From Klebsormidium nitens (lineage: Eukaryota; Plantae; Klebsormidiophyceae), in NCBI GenBank assembly GCA_000708835.1, contig DF237009.1:193407-257406 (forward strand): a stretch of 64,000 nucleotides of DNA, given 5' to 3'. The notes beneath the pieces are model-generated. The model did not search any database. It was not told where the DNA came from and saw only the letters and a program-made list of their open reading frames with translations. The first letter of the stretch is position 1. Every line of letters starts with the position of its first letter. Both the position numbers and the translations under genes were made by a program. Shown here one piece after another: positions 23,197 to 33,700 of this stretch.

Positions 23197-26100
23197 TCAG
23201 ACCATGGACAGCGGCCGCATGACCCGAGCGTAACTCGCCATCTCAAAACTCTTCTGCCCGGTAGACACGCCCGGTGGAAAACTCCGGGCATAGTTCACAT
23301 CCATGGCCGAGCCAGCGCCATAAAGTTTGCCGTTCGCCGGCGGGTAGCTCTCCCCGTAAAACGGGAAATAAGGCCCCGGCGGGCTTTCTGGATAGGACAC
23401 GTTAGCAAAAGCAACGTCACCGAAAGTGACGTCAGCCGCGGTAACTCTACCAAAAGTGACGTTAGCAAACGGGCCTCGGGAGGTTGCAGGGGGGCTCCCG
23501 CTGAAAGGGAACGGGCCCATTATGCGACTTTCGTTTTTGACCAAAGAGAGCCCGTTGTAAACGGCCCGGTTTGCTGGGGGCGGGATGGGACTGGGGCTGG
23601 TGGCCGGAGGAGTTCCCCCTGCGGCGGTTGGGGTCGTTGGAGCCGAGGAAGTTACGGCGTCGAACAGGTCAAGAAGGTTGAGGGTCTGCGAAAAAGAGGA
23701 AACCTCTTAAGGTCAGCTCATACGTCGGAGATTGCAGCGTGTGAGAAAGTTCTTGTGCAACGGTCCAAAGACACGGCTGGACAGATCGCCTGATCCAGAC
23801 TGTCACGAAACAGACTAACGAAGACCTCCCAAAAACCTGACCAAACCTCTGTGTACAAGGGCCGAAAACCCGGTGTGTCTCATGCGTTTGACGGAGGCTT
23901 GCGTTATATGGAAAAAGATGGGGGACAGAAACACCATTGAAACGTGAGAAGCTGACCCATTCAAGGGTCAGTATATGGGACAAGGATAAGGGGAATCCCG
24001 AGTAAGGAAGGTCCTACTAACAATCCTACTAACAACTGCTGATTTCTGCGCAACTCAATCTGGTACGGGACAGGATCCTGATCCGAGCGGAATCTGATGC
24101 TTACCTCCTGAACGGACAGCTGCAACCGGAACTTTGGCCCGTCGTAGTGGTGCAGAATGGGCCGGAAGTGATCCTCGTCCAAGGGACTGCACTGCTTGCG
24201 GACCTTGATGCGGACCTGCAGTGCGAAGTGTCCGATCTTAGAATCTGCAAAAGCGCCACGTGGCGTTCGCCTTTGTATCGTTTCGCTGAGGGACTAAATA
24301 TACCCTCAAGCAAAACACGATGGGAATCTTCAAAGATAGAAAAGTCAGCACTGAAAAGAATGACGAGTACACATCAGTAAAGCCTCGCACAAGACTCTGA
24401 CATGACTCCATTCAGAATTCACTGGCTAATGGTAGACTGAAGCGGACCATCGTAACGACAAACTTGTCTGGTTACTGCTAAATTCCTATCCGAAAAAAGG
24501 TCAAGAAGGAATATGACTCTTTAGGCTCCTTCAGCCCCAGATCGTTCGCTTTTCTACGGCCTAGAATGGCCCGAGTCAGAAGCAGATGGATGCAAAAAGA
24601 ACGCCGTTGGTATGTCGACGGTGTGACAAAGTTGGCACTTCCATTCTGTCCCTGCTACTTAGCCAGAGCGCTGACAGAATGAAGATCGTCCAATAGGTTG
24701 GAAAGTCGAACAGAAAAGTAGAGAGTGCCAGGGAAGAACCACGACCGAATTTCATTGTGTTCTGAATGTCTGCTTTTAGCTGCAGTCCTGCGGCACAGCA
24801 ACCTTTAAGCAGCCGAGTTTCGCTTCCAAGAACTGGTTCGAGTCTTCCAAAACGTCCTTGTCCCCTACCAAAAGCAAACGCAAAGAATTTTTCACCTGAG
24901 CTGGAAATCTGGACTCTCCCTTGGTCTTCTTATCCTCCCACGCATTTGGATCGAGGTTGGAACCTCCAAAACTAGTAGCCTGCAGACGCATAAACAAAGT
25001 GAGATAAAGCAAACAGACTGCCAAGTTGGCAATTCGGATTTTCGGAAACGAGCTGGCCAACTAGCTTCGCTGACCCCCTGCCTGGTAAATCAGTGCGTAG
25101 ATGAAAGAGCAGATCCAACCAGGCCAATATCTAATGAGGTGAAATCAAAGAAAGGCACTTCAAGGGGATCTACTGATAGCATGTGCAGGCCAAACCTGTC
25201 CTGAAGTTGACGCCTATTCTGTAAGATCATCTATAGTATCGCAGGATCGACTAAGGTTGCGTCTTACTGCAGATACAGCAAGTAAGCTTCTGACACCACA
25301 CAACGAGCTGCAAAGATCCGGCTTACGACTTCTGACACAAATTTTAAGCTGCACGGATCAGGTCTCACCTCATATACGCCGTGCAACTGATGTGTTGTGT
25401 AATTGTACAAGAAGAGGGGCAGTCCTGGCTGGATTGCCCGCACAGAGTCACGGTACCGCTGAGGGAGACCTGTGAGAGGGTAGTGACGTCAACAAGGCTG
25501 CCCTTGCAAGCTTCTTTTCAAAGAAAAGGTCTTCCAAGCACTCTTCTTTTCAAGCATGAAGGCAGGATTTTCTACCTCCTACCTCAAGGTGTGAAATATC
25601 AGGTGAGCTTCGAATGTGTTCAATCTCCGTGAAACTAGATGTGAAGGTTCTGGCTAAAATCTGCCATGCAAGTTACAGGTAGTTAATGCTAGCTTGTGAG
25701 GGATTCAATGAAGAAGTCACTGTGAGGGCCAGTGATTGATTGCACAACAAACTCAAAGGCCAGTTCTTGACCTGCAGTGGTCATGACACTTGGATGAGCT
25801 CCAATTTAAGGGCAGCACAGTATGAGCTCAACTTCTGAAGTTGTCTAAGGGCCATGGCCAAACATAGAGGTGTGAGCAAAGAAGTAGACTGTAATACGAA
25901 GCAACGAGCTTGTCAAGACGAATATCGTATCTCCAGAAGGAGCGTCGCATTTCATGAAGGACCAAAAGACAAGGAATGACAAAGCATGGAAGTCGTGATG
26001 CGTGCAGGGTGTGTGCCTTTGGTGCGATCCTCGTGATGACCTTTTCAAGTGGTTGCAAAGAGATTGAGACCGTTCTACAAAGTGAAGAAATTTTCATGAC

Positions 26101-26590
26101 ATGTTGCCAAAAAAACTACTCTATTTTCTCAGGAAACTTCACCTTGAACAAAACTCATGAATCAAGCTTGCAAAGAGCCTCACCAATCGACGCAAAGAAA
26201 CAACTTTCATTCACCAACCAATGCGCTGCCTGTGATTACTTAATATCCAGGTTCAGCAGAAGTAAGGGAACCTATTTTGTTGGCAGACCACACAGCGCCT
26301 GACTAGGAGAAGTCTCTGTTCAGGAGTTAGCTGCAACTTCTCTGATAACCTTGCACAGATAAAGTTGAAGCTGAGAAATGAGACAATGGACCCAAATGAA
26401 ACTCACCAAAAAGTCTTCGCCTCAGGTCATCCTCCATGGTGTCATTGTTGCAGACAAAGATGTAACCCCCCAAAGGCTCATTCCTAGGGAGGGATTCAGC
26501 AGGGGGAAGGCTCTTGAACCTTCTATCCTGGTTATTGGGCCCCATGCTTTGGAGCTGATGAAGGGGAATGCCATTGAAAACCCCTGTCAT
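23197..26590 (-). CDS. NRP: DCD domain protein, NRP/B2-type
   Basis: Exons 26590-26407, 25469-25369, 24979-24896, 24215-24105, 23685-23197. DRRFKSLPPAESLPRNEPLGGYIFVCNNDTMEDDLRRRLFGLPQRYRDSVRAIQPGLPLFLYNYTTHQLHGVYEATSFGGSNLDPNAWEDKKTKGESRFPAQVRIKVRKQCSPLDEDHFRPILHHYDGPKFRLQLSVQETLNLLDLF closely matches the land-plant NRP DCD domain as recalled. The true N-terminus may extend further upstream. Confidence 0.92.
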
Positions 26591-27719
26591 CTTGTAACTT
26601 GCGTGCTTATACCTTGTGAAGTTCTTTGCTATGTGGTCTTGTATCCTGAGCCCTTGCCTACCTATTTTAATTGGTGGTTACACCACTAGTCCCAAGCGTA
26701 CATCTTTTGATGCTTACATCAAAGCCAAAAACTGATTGCCTGCTCTCTGCACCAATTGAGACTTCCTTACTGACCCGAAGAGTCCAAAATCAAAACCATG
26801 TTGACCACCCTCTTTCAGGACAAAGTTCAAAAGGAAGTAGAAAAAGTTAGAAAGAACCACACGGCAGCAAGTACGGCCCTCCCAACCCAAGCTCACTAGC
26901 GGCCCAACATAACTATTGTCCGGGGCATTTTGGGAGGATGAAATCTCAGGTCCTTCGGCCCTTCCCCCTCTTTCCCCGGAATCCGGATGCCCTAGCAATA
27001 GGAAATAGGAAACGCAAAGCGTGCGAGCGTGGCGAGAGACCAGCTCGTGGCAACCGACCCTGACAGCCTGCCTGCAAGGCGTCAGAGCTGGTGACTTCCA
27101 ACAGACAGGTGTTCCTAGCTCAAGGGCAGCACCATGGTCGAAGTTTCGCATCTGACAAGTACCGGTATTTGTTGCATGTGAGCCTTCTCAAGGTAGGTAG
27201 GTAGGTAGTCAGTACGTGTGCACTGCAAGTACCTGCTAGTACCAGGTAACCAGGACTGTTCAGATCAGCAAGCTGGATCGAAATGGATAACCGTACCTAA
27301 CCGTTTTGGTACACAGCTGGAAAGCGATCTGCAAAGCGTACACTTTTTGGTTCGCGAATCTCAGGATATCAACCCACATGGATCGAGTGGAATCCCGAGT
27401 CTGATTTCCGAGCGATTCGATACGGGCGAGCGGCAACGCTGACGCCTAGTGCCTATCAGAAGGCTCGGATCGAATGCTGGGCGACAAATCGCATACACTC
27501 GCCACCCATATCCATGTGATCCGGATTTACGAAGTCGAGACGTACTATCTGTACTTCTCGGTTTAACAGTGACCAGCTTGCGACACGTGGCAACTGTTAG
27601 TTCAGTACACACGCTGATTTGTCAGCCCCACATGGCCCAAGCCTAAAGTTGGGGTACACAATGCACAATATGGCTACACGATCATTGTACAATATCTGAC
27701 ATCAGCTAGGCACCTACTC

Positions 27720-28327
27720 CAGGGGTTCTAGCAGGATTTTGCCCGGAGGTGCTGTGGCGCCCCTGGGCTTCGCCCCGGGGCGCCGACCAGCTTCCCTGGG
27801 GCGCCCAAGCCCGGGCGCCAGCGCCCGGTACAGTAGGTATTCTGGCGGAAGCTGTGTTTAACCGAGCCGAATTCGTGCATACCGGTCCTTGGGCTGCATC
27901 CTGTGCCTCAAGACGTCTGTCTACAGACTACCTATATACGGTACAAGCGGTCGGCAAAAAGTCAAAAAGAATCCGTGCCCTCGTATCCAAAGCAGATTTA
28001 TTGTTATCATCATGATTTTTGGCCAAGTGTAGAGGGCTCGACTTATGGGATTTGTAGCATTTTCAATTAACTACAAGTGCTTATCTCCAGCTCCTGGAAC
28101 CATATGGGCTTCCTTTGTGTCCTGATATGTGCAGGCAATTGCTCTGATAATCTGTAATTAGAATCCAAATTAGAGTTCCCGGTTGTGGCGGCCTGGATAT
28201 AGTACTTTCCAAGAGTAGGCGGGGCCTGCGGCCCAGGGCGCTCTGGCGCCCCGGGCTGTTGCCCGGGGGCGCCAGGATTTGCCCCGGGGCGCTCTGCGCC
28301 CCGTTTGGCGCCCCGCCAGAACCCCTG
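27720..28327. mobile_element. hAT-type non-autonomous element (MITE), 608 bp
   Basis: TIR CAGGGGTTCT(A/G)GC at both ends; perfect 8-bp TSD ACCTACTC at 27712-27719 and 28328-28335; clustered subterminal GGCGCCC/GGGCGCC motifs at both ends; no transposase ORF. Confidence 0.88.
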
Positions 28328-28676
28328 ACCTACTCCCTATCTGCCATGCACCGCGCATTTACCGGCGTAAGTAATCTACTTACCCGTACCTACGGTAATA
28401 ACTTCTGAGCGGCCCAAGCGCCACCCCGGGGTCTCCAGGGGGCCGGCTAATAGCGACCGCCGACGCCCGGGCTAACTGCAGCTGCCGTTCAAGTTTCCAG
28501 CGGCAGATACGGTAGGTCGGGATCTGGGACCCGGTAGCAATCTTGAATCGGAACCGGGACATATTTTCAGCGCGGCCTTCAGCCTTGCAAGATGATGAGT
28601 CTTGAGGGCATGGATGATTATGTACCCTGGAGACTTGTGAACTCTTGAAGTCGTAAGATCAGAACGGCCAGTCAAT

Positions 28677-29033
28677 GAGGCGTTTTACATGAGAGGTGGG
28701 TTGCCGAGGGTAAGTGCCGACTTACCGCGCACTGTCGCGACTAAACTTGTACCGCCCAGACTTACCGTGGGCTCGTCGCGATCGGCGTTTTACATGGTCC
28801 GAGGGTAGGTAAGTCGATGGAAAGTCCCGATCGAGGGCAAATCCGCACTCATTTCGGACTTACCACGACTTACCACGACTTACCTCATCGATTTCGATGA
28901 GTTAAAGTAGGGCCTACTTTACCGTCGGGAAACTCGACTTACCACGGTAAGTCGCTACCATGTAAAAGGCAAGTCGTGGTAAGTCCGAAAATCGGTTTAC
29001 CGTCGGGACTTTAACCTCCATGTAAAACGCCTC
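28677..29033. mobile_element. MITE with 3-bp TSD (PIF/Harbinger/Tourist-like), 357 bp
   Basis: Perfect 15-bp TIR GAGGCGTTTTACATG; AAT directly flanks both ends; many internal GACTTACC/GGTAAGTC motifs; internal partial TIR copies near 28785 and 28958. Confidence 0.8.
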
Positions 29034-29220
29034 AATGACGACTTTTGGCCAATCAGAGGTCTGCTTTAGGATTCGCTGAGTACTCAGGATCTTGAATGTG
29101 TCAGACAGCCTCAATTGTCTCCGGTTCCGACGGAAGACTGGCATGCACGAAGATAATCAATATGTAGGATAGGTATATGTGGAAAGAAGAGCCATACATT
29201 TCTTCAAGGCCCCTGCCCTG

Positions 29221-29270
29221 GAACGGGTGGGGTTAGATCGGGGGTTGAGGTTGGGCGCGGGGGTTGGGCA
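29221..29270 (+). repeat. Copy of the G-rich dispersed repeat; potential G-quadruplex
   Basis: gaacgggtggggttagatcgggggttgaggttgggcgcgggggttggg contains six runs of 3 or more G. Confidence 0.6.
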
Positions 29271-30739
29271 CTGCTGCTGGGAGCAGGGAGATCCAGTTGG
29301 TTAGGGTCTACAAATGTTACAGGGGAACAAGGTTGGGTTAGGTACCGTGACAAATGCGCCTATGATCTATCCATAAATCCAGATGCCTCGCCGCTCAACA
29401 AATGGTGAGATAAAGAGCTCCGGGATCACACGCGCGGCCCTCGACGCCGACGGTGGCCGGCCGGCCCCCGCTATAGCGGCCGCGCGGGCGGCCGCGCCGG
29501 TAGTCGCTGGCCGCCCGAGCTAGCGCCGCGGCTCAAGATTGAGCTTCATGCAGCTACATAGTACGTAGCGCCAGCGCTTACCCTTGGCCCCGCGCGGCCC
29601 AGGTGGCTGCACAATGTGTACGTAGCATATTACTAAGGTAGAAAAGAACATCATTTCAAGGCTCGGCGATCTCAGATGGCAAATGCGAGCCGCAACTTGA
29701 AGGTGGGGGCCCGTGGATCAATGAGAGCGTACATAAGGTGCTTGGCATGCCGGGCACTCCGAATTAGAGACGTAGCACAAGAGTTCCAAGGAAAAGGAAC
29801 TCAACTAATTGCAAACACAAATTAACGCGCGCCCATCTTCTAATCATATATTTGTCTGCTCATCCTATTTATCAATGTAAGCTAGCTCCAATAACGTTCC
29901 TAGTGCAAACGCGACGAGTGCGCTTGATTGCCTGACTTGCAGTTAACGCATGTTGCACATGTGAGAACCATGACATCCGACGTGGTTCATGCAGTACTTA
30001 TCAGGCTTTTGGTGCTCTGCATATTGTGCTACGTGCAACAAGTACTCAGTGCATGGCTAGGCAATGTGACGTCCAACCAATACTAAGAGTCCACAATCGA
30101 TCAATCATGATACTATATATATCAAGGGGTCACTTGTCAATCAAAATAGTGTTTAAGCAGCCAGCTAGAATGTCAAGGCCACCCGTACGTATCTTGCTTC
30201 TCCTAATAATCGTTCTAGCTGCTATGACATCGATCATAAGCGATCAAGTTTCTCCAATCGGGCCAAACTTTATTATTTATAGCAAGTTCGCCTCGAGAAG
30301 AAACTTATTTGGCAAACCAAATCAACTTTCCGGTACTATGGCATTTTGCCATCACTTCACTTGGAGCGGCGGCTATTACGTGTTACTGTAAATCTTCAAT
30401 TTGACAAACGCAACAGCCTAGTACCCCTTAAGAAAATCCATCTTTTACCCTACGACCAAAGCTCAAAGAATCAAGCCACTATACTTGGTTTGAATCCGCC
30501 TTACGTATGTTCCACGGCCTTGGACCAGTTTATGCAGACACTGCTCCTGGATTGAACGCTTGAGGGCCTCGAACAACAGGCGTTCTCCCTATCATCGATC
30601 CTCCAGAAGATGCCCCATTGTTTGCCCAGTCCCAATCACAACCACAACCTCGACTCCGTATTTGACCGACACCCCCAATGTCAGTTGCGCGCTATCGCAT
30701 TTTTCGCTTCCGAGAACGACTCCCACCGAGTTGTTCATG

Positions 30740-33700
30740 TCAAGGCGAAGTGCGAACACTCGATCCGGACACGGACGCGAGTGCGACGCCGTTGACCGGA
30801 GACGGACGTCCGGCGTCCGCCTCCGCCTCGGCGAGGAAGCGCGCGTACTTGTAGTGCGCGCCGAGCGCGGCGCCGACGATGCCAGCCTCGTTGCGCATGG
30901 CGGCCATCACGACCGGGGTGCCCATCGGAAGCTCCAGGTAGTGCGAGAACTAGAGGAGCGGACATTTTTTCGGGTTTGAGGGAGAAGTCAGATTTCCCTT
31001 TGAGGACTAGGAGCAACGTGTCATGTTATGTTAGTGATGGGAAGGGGTATGGAAAGAAGCAATGGAAAAGAAGATTTGGATTGGAAGAGAAGTACGGTGC
31101 ATTATTGATTCTCAAACTTGGAGCAGGACAGGTGGCAAGCGGAGCCAAGACACGTTTGAAGTGGAGGCAAGAACGTGAGCGAAATCCTATGTAGATTCTC
31201 AGCGCCGTGGACCATCAATTTCGGAACAGGGCTAGCGCACGGTCCTCACCTTCTCATCCTTCTTGCTGACACCGCCTCCCATGATCTGCAAAAGATTTGC
31301 GCAAGGAAATCAGCAACTCAAAGCGCTCCTCTACTTGACGGAGAAGCAGCCAGCTTAGCCCGCCTCTTGCCTTACACCGGCCTTCGTCGCTCGACCGGTT
31401 GGCGCTTTGTCCGAACAAGGGACAAAGTTGTCAGCACCGGTCAGTGATGAGCAGAAATTGGGCTCGGGGAATGTCACTGCCAGTTGTGCTTGTCGGCGAC
31501 ACAAGCGCAGAGGGGCACAACTATACAGTCGCCGTGTTATGTTAGGGGAACCGGTCCCTCGACGCCCTCTTTCCGTATCTTGAGACTCCCGTGGCGGCGT
31601 GCCTCTCGATCGAACGCGCATAAGACAAGTACGCAAGAACAGGATCAAAAGCTCCCCATAAATGTCGCTCAAAGGAAGAGCTTACAGCTAAAAGAAGCCT
31701 AGTGGCAGTTCTTGAAGCGCCTATATGCTTTTGAAAATACTCAGGCTCAAGATAGGGTGCCGAAATGCTATGCAAGGGCTCAAGATAAGGCCTGGCGAGA
31801 GGACGCGCGGCAGCTTGCCTGCCTTACGCATTTCGTGGAGTCTGGATATAAGAAGACGAAATCCGGACAAATCTGATAAGCTATGGTAGGCGGCGCTAGA
31901 GCTTGCCCAGGTACTGGCTGGCGCGAACTGTGGCGTTAAAGAAACTGCAACGAATGCATAAGCAATTGACTGGCTCCCGATAAGGTCTGGCACGAGGAGG
32001 CGCTACAGCTTGCCCGAAGTACTGAAGTTGACGCAGAATGGGCCCTCCAGATTGGGCCCTCCGAATTACACAGACAAGAGTTTCAAATAAGCCGGACGAG
32101 GACAATAAGCTACGGAACTAGAGTTAAGGTCTGGCGACAGACGGGGCTCCAGCTTGGCAAAACATTGGCTGACGCGTATCTTTGGCGCATATTTGACCAT
32201 GGATGGCGTGTAAGCAGGACGTAACGAATACCCTACGAAAACGCTCACGATAAGGTCTGGCGAGAGCAGGCGCTCCAGCTTGCCAAGGTATTGGCTGACG
32301 TCTTTTCTGACTCGCCAATTTGTGTATATCAACAAACAAATACAAAACAAATCACAGACAAAACAAAACACAGAATTCAGCCAGAAATCGTAAGCTTTGG
32401 AACTACTCACGATAAGGTCTGGCGACAGCAGGCGCTCCAGCTTGCTGAGGTACTGGCTGACGCATATTGGCCCCCGAAAATGAGGAAGTAAAAGTTATAG
32501 ATAAGCTGGGAGCAAACGATAAGCAACGGAACAACTCACGATAAGGTCTGGCGAGAGCAGGCGCTCCAGCTTGCCGAGGTACTGGCTGACGCGCCCGGCC
32601 CACTTCTTCCAGCTCATGTCCTCGCGCTCGCGCGCCGCCGATGACGCCAGCTTCTCCGCGACCTCGCCGTCCATCTCGATGTGACCCAGTTCTAGATTGG
32701 GGACCTTCACAGAGAGCAGTAAAGGAACTTGAAGAGAATCGGTAGGCCAGACTTGACAAGTAACAGCGTAAGTAGATTCCCGCCGTCCATCTCGATGTGA
32801 CCCAATTCTAGATCAAGGACCTGCACCATGATTCGTGGAAGAACCTCAATGACCAGTAGGCCTATTAGCTAAGAAAAGTGAGGTCAAAAGGGGTTCGGAA
32901 CCTCTAAGCCCCAAATGCCTCACCAACTTTCCTTCGATATACAAAGCGGTTCCGAACGAGTTACCAGGATCTGATCAAAGATTTCCGACGGGATTGTAAT
33001 CCTGTGACGATAATCAGCCCTAATATGTGGGACTAGATTGAAGTTAAAGACCCCAACACCCTGAAAATGTTACCAACTTTCCCTTGATGTACAGAGCAAT
33101 TCGATTTCCATTCCGACTGTGGTCCTAAACTACGTCTTCGACCAGATACCAACATGTATCAGAACAATCAGAATTTTGAACGAGATTGGAGACGGACAGG
33201 AGTGAAAATGCACCCAAAGAAATCAAGACCTAACATTTCAAGAGCCTTACCAACTTCCGGATCCCGTTTCCAATCCCGGTTCCAAACGTCGTTACCAGCA
33301 CCACCTTACCCCTGGAGTTCGCACAAAGTTTCCATGGTCCGAAACCCTGAAATCGGTAGCCCTAAATCCTAAAGCTTCTAGAACCCTAGGAACGCTTACC
33401 AGCTTGCCCTCCACATAGAGCGCGGTTCCAATCTTGGTGGTTCCAGAGGTGGTTAACAGCACATTTATGGAACCTAGATTACATGGCGGTACGTTCTTAA
33501 ACTCGAAACAAAACCCAAAACCAAACCAAAACCCAAAACGAGACCAGAATTGAAGTGTTAAAACCCAAATAACGAAATGCCAAACCCCAATTCTTACCAG
33601 CTTCCCTTCGACGTACAGAGCGGTTCCGATCCCGGTTCCGAACGTGGTTACGAGCACCACCTCCTCTTCGTGCCCCCGCCCCTCGCCGAAGTTCATCTCC

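Noticed and set aside
29380-29560. GC-rich palindromic cluster (CGCTATAGCG, GCGGCCGC x2) considered as a Helitron 3' end
   Set aside because: The nearby CTAG is not followed by T and no 5' TC end could be paired; may be promoter-like sequence.
33500-33540. Telomere-like motifs here, at 39420-39480 and within the G-rich family
   Set aside because: Short and degenerate, not a perfect (TTTAGGG)n or (TTAGGG)n tract; no evidence of an interstitial telomere.
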